From Candidatus Zambryskibacteria bacterium RIFCSPHIGHO2_02_FULL_43_14 (GTDB taxonomy: Bacteria; Patescibacteriota; Minisyncoccia; Phycocordibacterales; Zambryskibacteraceae), in contig MHVR01000005.1 of NCBI GenBank assembly GCA_001825315.1, forward strand, positions 5,761 through 46,179: a stretch of DNA of 40,419 nt, written 5' to 3'. The translations under genes and the position numbers were made by a program. Below, piece after piece: positions 9,394 through 17,860 of the stretch (positions are counted from its first letter, which is position 1; each line of letters opens with the position of its first letter). The notes under the pieces are model-generated. The model saw only the letters and a program-made list of their open reading frames with translations, made no database searches and was not told where the DNA came from.

Positions 9394-10380
9394 ATGCATG
9401 ACTTCATAGCCATTGGTGATATTGTGACTGATGCGTTTATTAAACTCAAAGATGCGAGTGTCTCTTGTGATATCAATCGCGAGCATTGCACTATCACTAT
9501 GGCTTTCGGGGATAAGATTCCTTATGAATCGGTGGAAGTGGTGAGGGCTGTTGGCAATAGTTCGAATGCCGCTGTCTCGGCAGCTCGGCTTGGACTTAAG
9601 AGCGCTCTGGTCACCAACATGGGAGATGACCAGAATGGCGTGGAGTGTCTTGAGAGTCTAAAAAAAGATGGCGTAGTGACAGACTTTATCTCTATTCATC
9701 AAGGCAAGGAAACAAATTATCACTATGTGCTTTGGTATGAAGATGACCGCACTATCTTGGTCAAACATCAGGAATATGACCGGATTTTCCCGGACGTAGG
9801 CAATCCTAAATGGCTTTACCTTTCTTCTCTCGGGGGAGATACTCTCGGCTACCAAAAACAGGTTGTTGAATTTATTAAAAATCATCTTGATATCTCCCTT
9901 GCCTTCCAGCCGGGCACTTTCCAAATACAACTAGGGAAAGATGAGCTGAAAGATATTTACGCTCGCACCAATATTTTCTTTTGTAACATAGAAGAAGCCG
10001 AAAGAATTTTAGGTCTTAATACGTTGGGGACTGCAGAATTATTAAAACGTATACATGAACTTGGGCCAAAGATTGTAATTATCCATGATGGGCCAAAAGG
10101 TGCTTACGCGTTTGATGGACAGAATATGTGGTACCAGTCGGCATATCCCGACCCAAAACCGCCGTTCGAACGCACCGGCGCCGGAGACGCGCTTGCCTCC
10201 ACCACAGTAGCGGCTCTCTCTTTAGGTAAAGATCTGGAAACGGCTCTAAAGTGGGGTATGATTAATGCCATGTCGGTGGTCCAGCAAGTCGGCGCCCAAA
10301 AAGGCCTTCTCACTCGCTCTCAAATCAACGAGTACTTAAAAAACGTATCTGAAAGCTTTCAGGTCAAGAAGTTGGATTAA
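9394..10380 (+). CDS. PfkB/ribokinase-family carbohydrate kinase
   Basis: GNSSNAAVSAARLG, GDDQNG and ERTGAGDA motifs. Confidence 0.93.
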   Translation: MHDFIAIGDIVTDAFIKLKDASVSCDINREHCTITMAFGDKIPYESVEVVRAVGNSSNAAVSAARLGLKSALVTNMGDDQNGVECLESLKKDGVVTDFISIHQGKETNYHYVLWYEDDRTILVKHQEYDRIFPDVGNPKWLYLSSLGGDTLGYQKQVVEFIKNHLDISLAFQPGTFQIQLGKDELKDIYARTNIFFCNIEEAERILGLNTLGTAELLKRIHELGPKIVIIHDGPKGAYAFDGQNMWYQSAYPDPKPPFERTGAGDALASTTVAALSLGKDLETALKWGMINAMSVVQQVGAQKGLLTRSQINEYLKNVSESFQVKKLD

Positions 10381-10386
10381 ATTACC

Positions 10387-11373
10387 TTAGCGTTTTAAGA
10401 TTTTGTTGACTGCTTTTATAATACTTTTTATACCCATGCCGTAGTGTTCAATCAGTTCTTCCGGAGTGCCGGACTGGCCGAATTGGTCGTCTACTCCTAT
10501 AAATTCTATCGGGACCGGGAAATTTTTAGCTAGACACTCTGCTACCGCGGAACCCATACCACCTCTTATCTGATGTTCTTCTACTGTAATGATTTTGCCA
10601 GTCCTTTTAGCAAAAGCCGTGAGAGTCTTTTCGTCAAGAGGTTTTATAGTCGAGAGATTCATTACTTCTACTTGAATTCCTTTCCCTTCCAGCTCTTTGG
10701 CTACTATGAGAGCTTTATGGAGAAGTGCGCCGGTGGCAACAATACCCGCTTGAGGTTTATCAGACTGCCAATAAATTTGGGCCTTTCCTATTTCAAAAGG
10801 AGTAGTTGCAGTTGTCATTACGGGTGTCTTTTCGCGAGCTAAACGTATATAGACTGGAGTGCCAGTGTCTACGCTCGCGATAGTCGCTTTCTTTGCCTCG
10901 AGAACATCACATGGAGAAATTACTATCATGCGAGGAAGCACTCTGGTAATAGCAATATCTTCAATGGCTTGGTGCGTGCCGCCATCGGGTCCGACCGAGA
11001 TACCGGCATGCGAGCCGGCAATCTTGACCGGCCTGTCGTTATAACAAATAGTGGTGCGAATTTGTTCCCAATTTCTGCCGGGACTAAACATGGCGTAGGA
11101 ACTTATGAAAGGAATCTTGCCCATGGCCGCAAGCCCTGATGCCACGGAAGCGAGATTCTGTTCAGCCACTCCCATTTGGATAAAGCGATTCGGAAACTTT
11201 TCGCTAAAGAGGTTCATTTTAGTAGATTCTGTCAAATCAGCGCAAAGTCCCACTACTCGCAAATCTTTCTCCCCCGCTATCAAAAGTCCTTCACCGAATC
11301 CTTGGCGGATTGGCATTTGTTCGATTTTCTCATCGAACATCTTCATGTTCAGTTTTAAATTAGGATTGAGCAT
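10387..11373 (-). CDS. Transketolase, C-terminal subunit
   Basis: GVAEQN, GPDGGTHQAIED, TVEEHQ and FGQSG motifs. Confidence 0.95.
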   Translation of the reverse strand: MLNPNLKLNMKMFDEKIEQMPIRQGFGEGLLIAGEKDLRVVGLCADLTESTKMNLFSEKFPNRFIQMGVAEQNLASVASGLAAMGKIPFISSYAMFSPGRNWEQIRTTICYNDRPVKIAGSHAGISVGPDGGTHQAIEDIAITRVLPRMIVISPCDVLEAKKATIASVDTGTPVYIRLAREKTPVMTTATTPFEIGKAQIYWQSDKPQAGIVATGALLHKALIVAKELEGKGIQVEVMNLSTIKPLDEKTLTAFAKRTGKIITVEEHQIRGGMGSAVAECLAKNFPVPIEFIGVDDQFGQSGTPEELIEHYGMGIKSIIKAVNKILKR

Positions 11374-11395
11374 TATTTATAGTGAGTTTATCGAA

Positions 11396-12289
11396 CTATT
11401 GGTGTTCTGATTTTATTTCACCGCCGAGGGTGCGCAATTCCGCCAGAGCCACCGCTCCCTGTTTGTCAGCCGGCACTTTATCGGTCGGGCCAAGGCCCGG
11501 CGGATTGCCGTGCCAACGGTAGTCACGTTCGAATTCGGGAACGCCTTTGCCGGCAATAGTGTGAGCGATAATAATAGTTGGTTTGCCAAATACCGCTTTG
11601 GCCGCCTCGAACGCATCAGCAATTTCTTCTATATTGTGCCCATCTATCTCGATGACGTGCCAGTTCCACGCGCGCCATTTGTCGGAGAGTGACTCTAACG
11701 GCATGACATTTTCTGTGTAGCCGTCTATTTGGATATTGTTTCTATCTATAACAGCAGTGAGATTATGAAGTTTTTCTTTACCGGCAAGCATAGCCGCTTC
11801 CCAAGTCTGCCCACACTCAAGTTCACCGTCCGAAAGAAGCGTGTAAACGCGTCGATCGCTTGTTAGACCGTGATCAATTTTATCTGCAAGAGCCATGCCG
11901 ACAGCTTGAGAAAGTCCGGAACCCAGCGGGCCCGAACTGGTTTCAAGCATTGGTAAAAAATCCCGGTGCGGATGCCCTTGCAGGCGCGAGCCGAATTTGC
12001 GTAAAGTTTTTAGTTCTTCAACTGGGAAATAGCCGGCATGAGCCATGGCTGAATAGAGCACCGGGCAAATGTGACCATTGGAGAGTACTAGTCTGTCCCG
12101 CTCTGGCCAATCGGGCTTTTTAGAATTATGTCTCAAAGTATGGAAAAAAAGCACGGTAAAGATATCAGCCATATCCAAGGATCCGGCGGTATGTCCAGAA
12201 CCGGCGGCGATGAGTGATTCGATAAGCGAAATTCTGATATCATTCGCCTTCTCTTTCAGTTCAATTATTCTTTCATCAATGAATTCCAT
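11396..12289 (-). CDS. Transketolase, N-terminal (ThDP-binding) subunit
   Basis: GSGH, DRLVLSNGH, LQGHP, SDGELECGQTWEA and DRNNIQIDG motifs. Confidence 0.95.
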   Translation of the reverse strand: MEFIDERIIELKEKANDIRISLIESLIAAGSGHTAGSLDMADIFTVLFFHTLRHNSKKPDWPERDRLVLSNGHICPVLYSAMAHAGYFPVEELKTLRKFGSRLQGHPHRDFLPMLETSSGPLGSGLSQAVGMALADKIDHGLTSDRRVYTLLSDGELECGQTWEAAMLAGKEKLHNLTAVIDRNNIQIDGYTENVMPLESLSDKWRAWNWHVIEIDGHNIEEIADAFEAAKAVFGKPTIIIAHTIAGKGVPEFERDYRWHGNPPGLGPTDKVPADKQGAVALAELRTLGGEIKSEHQ

Positions 12290-12822
12290 ATTTCTCTAAA
12301 ATGAGATCCTATGACAAGTCTGTCAGCGCCTGCTTCTTGAAGCTCTTTGAAATTATTCAAATCTATTCCCCCGTCAACACTTATTGGAAGATGTGGGAAC
12401 TTTTTCTTTACCTCTCTTATTCTATCAAAAATTCTTGCATCAAACGGGTGCCCTTGGTGCCCTATCTCCTTTATAGACATAAGGTGGACGAAATCCACAA
12501 AATCAAGAAACGGCGCAAATTCATCTACAGATTTGTCAATTTCTACACCCAACCCTACTTCTGCATGGTCGCGACATTTCACAATACTTTCGTCCGTTTT
12601 ATGAACAATTATTCTCTTTACTCCCCTCTCTACCCAGCGGTCGACAATCTCTTCTGGAGATTCAACCATCAAGTGTGCTTCGAAATCCTTAGCTATCGGT
12701 GCCCAAATATCTTCTTCAAGTACATCGAGATGCACAAATGGAATTTCAAGTGGTAAAGCCAATGTCTTCGTTAAGAAATCTTCAACATCCTTTGGTAGTA
12801 TGGCGGGTATGATCTCGTTCAT
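12265..12822 (-). CDS. rpe: Ribulose-phosphate 3-epimerase (compact)
   Basis: HLDV, EAHLMV, LMS..GHQG, VDGGI and LVIGS motifs. Confidence 0.9.
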   Translation of the reverse strand: MNEIIPAILPKDVEDFLTKTLALPLEIPFVHLDVLEEDIWAPIAKDFEAHLMVESPEEIVDRWVERGVKRIIVHKTDESIVKCRDHAEVGLGVEIDKSVDEFAPFLDFVDFVHLMSIKEIGHQGHPFDARIFDRIREVKKKFPHLPISVDGGIDLNNFKELQEAGADRLVIGSHFREIWNSLMKE

Positions 12823-13316
12823 CGCTTGTCTATTTTTTCTATACGTCTTTTATGCCTCTCATCTCCTGAAAATGGAGTTTCTAACCAATCTTTCACTGCT
12901 GATTTTGCTTCATCCTCACTTAAGAATCTCGCTCCAAGAGATAGTATATTTGAATCATTATGACCTCTTGAATTTTTAATTATTGATGTTTCTCCTCTAC
13001 TTGGGGCGTAATACTCTACGGCTCTGACATTTTTAAATCTATTTGCACACATCGCCTCACCCTGCCCAGAACCACCTAAAACAATTCCTCTATAATTGGG
13101 ATTTTTAGAAATTTCTTCAGCTACTTGGATAATAAAATCAGGATAATCATCAGTTTTGTTGTATTCAAACGCGCCTTTATCTTCTACTTCATAACCAAGC
13201 TCTTTCAAAAAAGGAACTAATTTTTCCTTAAGTTCAAATCCGGCATGGTCAGAACCGATAAAAATTTTTCCGCCAAAGGCGGACCCGCCTCTGGCGGGCA
13301 TGTCCTGATTATTCAT
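12819..13316 (-). CDS. rpiB: Ribose-5-phosphate isomerase B
   Basis: IGSDHAG, DDYPD, GGSGQG, HNDSN and RHKRRI motifs; N-terminal extension encoded by a palindromic repeat. Confidence 0.93.
   Translation of the reverse strand: MNNQDMPARGGSAFGGKIFIGSDHAGFELKEKLVPFLKELGYEVEDKGAFEYNKTDDYPDFIIQVAEEISKNPNYRGIVLGGSGQGEAMCANRFKNVRAVEYYAPSRGETSIIKNSRGHNDSNILSLGARFLSEDEAKSAVKDWLETPFSGDERHKRRIEKIDKR
13270..13298. repeat. Double-hairpin palindromic element inside the rpiB 5' end
   Basis: CCGCC-AAA-GGCGG-A-CCCGCC-TCT-GGCGGG; translated as PARGGSAFGG on the minus strand. Confidence 0.8.
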
Positions 13317-14310
13317 GTTTGATATGTTGCCCTAGCTTTATAACATGATTGACTAATGTATAGGCATACCCCATCTCATTGTCATACCATGCCACGACTT
13401 TTACCAAAGTGCCTCCAACGACTCTCGTCATATTTAGGTCCGCTATCGAACCGTAAGTACTTCCGAGGATGTCGGAAGACACAAGTTCCTCTTCTGTAAC
13501 GGTAAAAACTCCTTCCCATCTTTTCTCACCGGCTGCCTTTTTTAAGATTGAATTAATTTCTTCGACGCTTGTTTCTCTCTTTGCGATGAACGTGACATCC
13601 ACTATTGAGCCGGCCGCTACCGGTACCCGCATAGAAATACCGTCAAAGAGTCCTTGAAGTTTGGTAAAGGCTTTAGTCACAGCAATGGCCGCGCCGGTCG
13701 AAGACGGCACGATATTTGCCGCCGCCGCGCGCCCTTCCCGAAAACCTCTCTTGGAGGGGCCGTCTACCAAAGATTGTGAGGCGGTATAACCATGCGTGGT
13801 GTTTAGAAGCGCTTTCTCAATACCGAGGGCTTCGTCAAGAATGGCTATTAAAGGACTGCCGGCGTTAGTCGTACAAGAAGCGTTGGAAGTAATCTGGCAG
13901 GTAGCAAGCTTCTCTTCGTTTACTCCCATTAATACCGTGGCCCCCTCGATTTCTGGTATCGGTTCGTCTTTCATAGGTGCGGTTACCACTACCCTTTTGG
14001 CGCCGGCATCCAGATGCGCCTTCGCTCCGGCATAGGTAGTAAAAAAGCCCGTTGATTCAACAGCTATATCTATGTCGAATTCTTTCCATGGCAGTTTTGA
14101 AGGATTTTTTTCTTGTAGGAATTTAACGTCAAACTTACCATTCCATTTTCCATAAACGGTGTCGTGTCTTAAGAGATACTCAATATTTTCTCGGTCACCA
14201 AGATCATTGATTGCGACCACTTCAATCTCTGGACATTCTATAGCTAATTTATAAAAAGCCCTACCAATCCTCCCTGCGCCGTTTATTGCCACTCTGGTTA
14301 CTTTTGTCAT
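13309..14310 (-). CDS. gap: Glyceraldehyde-3-phosphate dehydrogenase (type I)
   Basis: INGAGRIGR, SNASCTTN, PSSTGAA and WYDNEMGY motifs. Confidence 0.97.
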   Translation of the reverse strand: MTKVTRVAINGAGRIGRAFYKLAIECPEIEVVAINDLGDRENIEYLLRHDTVYGKWNGKFDVKFLQEKNPSKLPWKEFDIDIAVESTGFFTTYAGAKAHLDAGAKRVVVTAPMKDEPIPEIEGATVLMGVNEEKLATCQITSNASCTTNAGSPLIAILDEALGIEKALLNTTHGYTASQSLVDGPSKRGFREGRAAAANIVPSSTGAAIAVTKAFTKLQGLFDGISMRVPVAAGSIVDVTFIAKRETSVEEINSILKKAAGEKRWEGVFTVTEEELVSSDILGSTYGSIADLNMTRVVGGTLVKVVAWYDNEMGYAYTLVNHVIKLGQHIKHE

Positions 14311-14313
14311 ACC

Positions 14314-14757
14314 TCAAATTGTAACATATTGGCCTATGTCGATGCGATATTTATCGCTAAAGCCGGCCGGAAGTTCTAAAACGTATTTTACCACCTGATT
14401 GGGATAGAAAATTTGCGGGAAAGTTTCAGGCGAGACTTGTTTTTCTATGCCGACAATTTGCCACTCCTCATTAATCCAAACGATATCTATAGGAAAGTTC
14501 ATATTTTTCATCCAAAAACCGTATTGCGCCGGATTATCGAATATGAAAAGCATGCCGGTGCCCTCCGGAAAGATTTTTCTTTCTGACAAACCCTTAGCGC
14601 GTTTTTCCAGAGTGTCGGCGACCTCTGCTATTACGCTGACACTATTTATTTTTATGATTTTAGTCTGATTTGTTCCAAGTAAAGATTCTTGGAAAAATAA
14701 AAACATCGAGCCGAATATAATTATCAATCCTATAATTAGAAAAAATGTATTCTTCAC
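14314..14757 (-). CDS. DUF192 family protein
   Basis: RAKGLS, GMLFIF, FWMKNMNFPIDIVW and YVLELPAG motifs; start moved to GTG 14757 because the longer ORF crosses a terminator and TGnTATACT lies 7 nt upstream. Confidence 0.88.
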   Translation of the reverse strand: MKNTFFLIIGLIIIFGSMFLFFQESLLGTNQTKIIKINSVSVIAEVADTLEKRAKGLSERKIFPEGTGMLFIFDNPAQYGFWMKNMNFPIDIVWINEEWQIVGIEKQVSPETFPQIFYPNQVVKYVLELPAGFSDKYRIDIGQYVTI

Positions 14758-14769
14758 GGTTCTAAGTAT

Positions 14770-14799
14770 AACAAAAAAGCCCCGAAGGGCTTTTTTGTT
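14770..14799 (-). terminator. Intrinsic terminator of the RRM gene (symmetric, potentially bidirectional)
   Basis: AACAAAAAAGCCC-CGAA-GGGCTTTTTTGTT. Confidence 0.85.
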
Positions 14800-14819
14800 C
14801 AATCCGCCTCAACGGTGGA

Positions 14820-15101
14820 TTACATAGGTCGACGATCGCGAGGAGCGCGAGGCTCGAGCGGACGTGCAACATTCACAGTCAATTTTCTTCCTTCGAAATC
14901 TTGACCATTGTACATGTTGATGGCTGCTTGAGCTTCATCATCATTTGACATCTCGACGAATCCGAAACCTTTGCTTCTGCCGGTCATCCTGTCAATAATA
15001 ATTGACGAGGAAGAGACAGTACCCGCCTTCGCGAACAAGTCACTGAGGGCGGCTTCTGTCGTGGAATAAGGAATTCCTCCGACGTATAGCTTTGTTGTCA
15101 T
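14820..15101 (-). CDS. RRM-domain RNA-binding protein
   Basis: RNP2 LYVGGI, RNP1 KGFGFVEM, GRKLTVNVAR. Confidence 0.96.
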   Translation of the reverse strand: MTTKLYVGGIPYSTTEAALSDLFAKAGTVSSSSIIIDRMTGRSKGFGFVEMSNDDEAQAAINMYNGQDFEGRKLTVNVARPLEPRAPRDRRPM

Positions 15102-15212
15102 ATTCTTTGCGCCGGCATTATATTAACCATGTAAGTGCCGGACCGATCTCATTTCGCGCTCTCTTTCGGATTAACCTAAAGTAACCTCTCAACGAGAACC
15201 TTACATGTTTCA

Positions 15213-15241
15213 ACTGTAACATATCATCATAATTTATGCAA
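15213..15241 (-). promoter_or_regulatory. Sigma70-type promoter of the RRM gene
   Basis: TTGCAT-17 bp-TACAGT with a TG extension. Confidence 0.55.
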
Positions 15242-15242
15242 C

Positions 15243-15452
15243 TTACTTCGGTAGTTCCTTTTTAAACCAATTTTTCAATTTGTCCCAAACTAAGAATCTA
15301 ATTCCCAATATCTCTAGGCCTAATACTAAAAGGAATCCCACTGGCGTAAATGGCGTGATAATAGAGATTAAGCCAATAACAACGAGAATTACGCCAACAG
15401 TTTTTCTCACTTTCGGATTTTCAGTCCAAATTTTTTTAATTTTTTCTTTCAT
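15243..15452 (-). CDS. Small membrane protein
   Basis: 69 aa; hydrophobic hairpin around TPFTPVG with basic ends. Confidence 0.75.
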   Translation of the reverse strand: MKEKIKKIWTENPKVRKTVGVILVVIGLISIITPFTPVGFLLVLGLEILGIRFLVWDKLKNWFKKELPK

Positions 15453-15503
15453 TCCGTTAGAAGTTTATTAATAGTCATATTACCACTTTTTCTCTGCATT
15501 GCA

Positions 15504-15560
15504 CTCCGTAGCTTTGCTTTGCCCATCGTAGCCTTGGTGAAGTTGGGACAAAGGATGGGG
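15504..15560. repeat. Degenerate GTAG-type REP-like palindrome
   Basis: Two CGTAGCY motifs and an imperfect hairpin CTTTGCCCA...TGGGACAAAG in an intergenic region. Confidence 0.5.
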
Positions 15561-15587
15561 TAGTAAATTTTTTAGATTTATTCAAGT

Positions 15588-15791
15588 CTATTTCTTATAC
15601 TCCAAAATATCTCCGGGCTGACACTCCAGAGCCTTGCAGATTGCTTCCAGCGTTGATAAGCGAACAGCTTTCGCCTTTTCGTTTTTCAAGATGGAAATGT
15701 TGGCCATTGTGATACCGACTTTTTCCGCAAGGTCGGTAACGCTCATTTTCCTTTTCGCCAACATGACGTCAATGTTAATGATGATTGCCAT
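15588..15791 (-). CDS. XRE/Cro-family HTH regulator (YozG-like)
   Basis: LAEKVGITMANISILKN, LECQPGDILEY; paired with a DUF2975 gene. Confidence 0.93.
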   Translation of the reverse strand: MAIIINIDVMLAKRKMSVTDLAEKVGITMANISILKNEKAKAVRLSTLEAICKALECQPGDILEYKK

Positions 15792-15796
15792 GCTAG

Positions 15797-16282
15797 TTAA
15801 ACAGTGAAGTCATTTTCCGACTTTATCTCTACAGCACTTTGTAAAGTTCTTTCAAACACGGCCGCGGCCGTGGCGACTACGATAGAAATAAAGGTAGCCA
15901 CAATAGACACGGCAACAAAGCCCGCCGGATCGTCATCCGCGTTGCCATTAAAAGATACCCTTATGTATATTGCTGCTATCACAATCAAGCAACTCAGTAC
16001 GATTGCGCAATATTTTATATTCCTTAAAGACTTCACGGATTCTAGTGAGAATACTTTATTTTGTCTGATGTATCCCAGTAATTTAAACGCCTGATACAGC
16101 GCAATGAAAAACGCGATAGACACGAGATATCCATAGATTATGAAAGGGTCAGCGTAAATACTAAACAGGTCTAAGTTTGTTGCTCTCCCTTCAGTCAAAG
16201 GAAACCGAATCATAATGGCCAGTGCTACTATGCCGATGAGTACAACGACGACTTGAAGAAATATTGTTGAGCTTTTTTTCAT
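15797..16282 (-). CDS. DUF2975 (YoaS-like) membrane protein
   Basis: Four TM segments, NKVFSLESVKSLRNIKYCA, C-terminal AVEIKSENDFTV; start set at MKKSST. Confidence 0.9.
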   Translation of the reverse strand: MKKSSTIFLQVVVVLIGIVALAIMIRFPLTEGRATNLDLFSIYADPFIIYGYLVSIAFFIALYQAFKLLGYIRQNKVFSLESVKSLRNIKYCAIVLSCLIVIAAIYIRVSFNGNADDDPAGFVAVSIVATFISIVVATAAAVFERTLQSAVEIKSENDFTV

Positions 16283-16391
16283 AAATGGGACTTTTAAACT
16301 ATTCATATCCCATCATAGTTTATCGCATATCGTTTGTCAATACATATTTATCGTTACATGTGAATAACGAGCTAACACCTTCAATTCCAAT

Positions 16392-16479
16392 TGGCGGAGG
16401 CGGAGAGAGTCGAACTCTCGAGGGCTTGCGCCCTACACGCTTTCCAAGCGTGCGCACTAGGCCACTATGCGACGCCTCC
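16392..16479 (-). tRNA. tRNA-Ser(GGA)
   Basis: Reverse complement GGAGGCGTCGCATAGTGGCCTAGTGCG-CACGC-TT-GGA-AA-GCGTG, long variable arm, GTTCGACTC, ends CCGCCA. Confidence 0.97.
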
Positions 16480-16565
16480 TTCAGCGCTAAATTTATCATA
16501 TTTAAATATCTAATCCCACTATGAACTACTCGTAGACTCAAACCCGCTATTCAAATTATACACTT

Positions 16566-16583
16566 TATTTGCTATCGCGAATA
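16566..16583. repeat. Quasi-palindromic site, left copy flanking the PaaX-like gene
   Basis: TATTTGCTATCGCGAATA; 17/18 inverted match to 17177-17194. Confidence 0.75.
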
Positions 16584-16594
16584 TCCTGTGTAAT

Positions 16595-17143
16595 CTATAC
16601 GAGACTAAATCGATGTTTCAGGTCGAGTTCATTGTCTATATGACTGGCTTCAATAAACCGTACGAATTTTCTAATGTTATAAAATTCGACTATATATTCT
16701 ATTTCATTACGACACTCAAATGAAATTACAAAAACTGATCGTTGTAATTCAATGAATCCGAGTCTTTTCAACTGATAGCGAAACATTTCTCTAATCTTCT
16801 TTTTCTTTTCTGGTATATCAAATATCACAATCCTCCATTTTTTATCCCACTTATGCCTCTTAACAACCATCTTGTCTAGATTATAAGTCAGAGCCGCCCT
16901 TTTCCCCTCCGAGGAAAGGATAAAAGTGGTTGTTCCATCTTTATTATCTTTCTGATGAATGAGCTTAGATTTATACAGAGTTCTTATAGACGATATAAGA
17001 TATCTTCTATCAATCTCTTTCCATTCTTCATGTATTGCTCCAAGTATTTTTAAATATCCTCTGGGCGAACGAGAGAGACCTAGAGTCAGGCCCCCAAGTA
17101 AAAGAAGTAATATTTTTTCTTGAGTTGATCCCCTACGTGGCAT
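16595..17143 (-). CDS. PaaX-like protein (winged-HTH plus Cas2-like central domain)
   Basis: ILSSEGK wing followed by WDKKWRIVIFDIPE...LKRLGFIELQRSVF. Confidence 0.85.
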   Translation of the reverse strand: MPRRGSTQEKILLLLLGGLTLGLSRSPRGYLKILGAIHEEWKEIDRRYLISSIRTLYKSKLIHQKDNKDGTTTFILSSEGKRAALTYNLDKMVVKRHKWDKKWRIVIFDIPEKKKKIREMFRYQLKRLGFIELQRSVFVISFECRNEIEYIVEFYNIRKFVRFIEASHIDNELDLKHRFSLV

Positions 17144-17176
17144 ATATTTGTATTGTATTTATTAAATCATATCACT

Positions 17177-17194
17177 TATTAGCGATAGCAAATA
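17177..17194. repeat. Quasi-palindromic site, right copy flanking the PaaX-like gene
   Basis: TATTAGCGATAGCAAATA, 5 nt upstream of a TATGAT -10 on the minus strand. Confidence 0.75.
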
Positions 17195-17263
17195 TCTAGT
17201 AACATTTATAAATTTATACAATCATCGACAATCTACTTCTTTTTTTGTCGTGTTCTCAAGACT

Positions 17264-17860
17264 TCATCTACCATTTTTATTTCCATACGCCACTACTTTA
17301 TTACGACCGTCGTGCTTGGCAGTATAGAGTGCTTGGTCCGCGCGTTTGACCAATTCAGATAAAATTAAACCTTTTTCAGAAGAAGCGACACCTGCACTTA
17401 TAGTGAGATGAAGGTTTGGCACTTCCGAGAAAATAAGACCTTCCACCTTCACCCTTATTTCTTCGGCTTTTATCACGGCATCTTGTTCGTTTGCGCCAAG
17501 GAGACTCACTATCACCTCTTCTCCACCCCAGCGCGCGACAGTATCGCCCGTCCGCAGAGTAGTTTGAATAGTCTTCGAGACTTTGCGTAAGACCATGTCA
17601 CCAATATCATGTCCATATGTATCGTTGATACCTTTGAAGTGGTCAATATCAAAAAAGACGATACTGATGTTTCTAAACCCAAACCACTCTTTACGTTTAC
17701 CCTGCTCATTACCGGTAAGAGTAGTAAGATAAATACCCAACTCTTCTTCAAAAAATGCACGAGTCTTGAGTTTTGTGAGAGAATCATGAATCAAGTCCCT
17801 TTCAAGTTCATGGACCTGTATTTCTAGTTCAGCTATGCGTTTATCTTTATCTTGGTCCAT
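17264..17860 (-). CDS. GGDEF-domain protein (diguanylate cyclase)
   Basis: DSLT, FDIDHFKGINDTYGHDIGD, RxxD I-site, RWGGEEV, ADQALYTAK. Confidence 0.93.
   Translation of the reverse strand: MDQDKDKRIAELEIQVHELERDLIHDSLTKLKTRAFFEEELGIYLTTLTGNEQGKRKEWFGFRNISIVFFDIDHFKGINDTYGHDIGDMVLRKVSKTIQTTLRTGDTVARWGGEEVIVSLLGANEQDAVIKAEEIRVKVEGLIFSEVPNLHLTISAGVASSEKGLILSELVKRADQALYTAKHDGRNKVVAYGNKNGR

Noticed and set aside
9363-9497. N-terminal extension of fba in the ORF track
   Set aside because: It overlaps the divergent pfkB gene; family similarity and a -10 box support the ATG at 9362.
16320-16541. 73-aa and 79-aa ORFs
   Set aside because: They overlap tRNA-Ser.
16595-17143. CRISPR Cas2 gene
   Set aside because: The FDIPE/LQRSV motif is shared with the PaaX central domain; the protein has an N-terminal wHTH-like part, and no cas1 or array is nearby.
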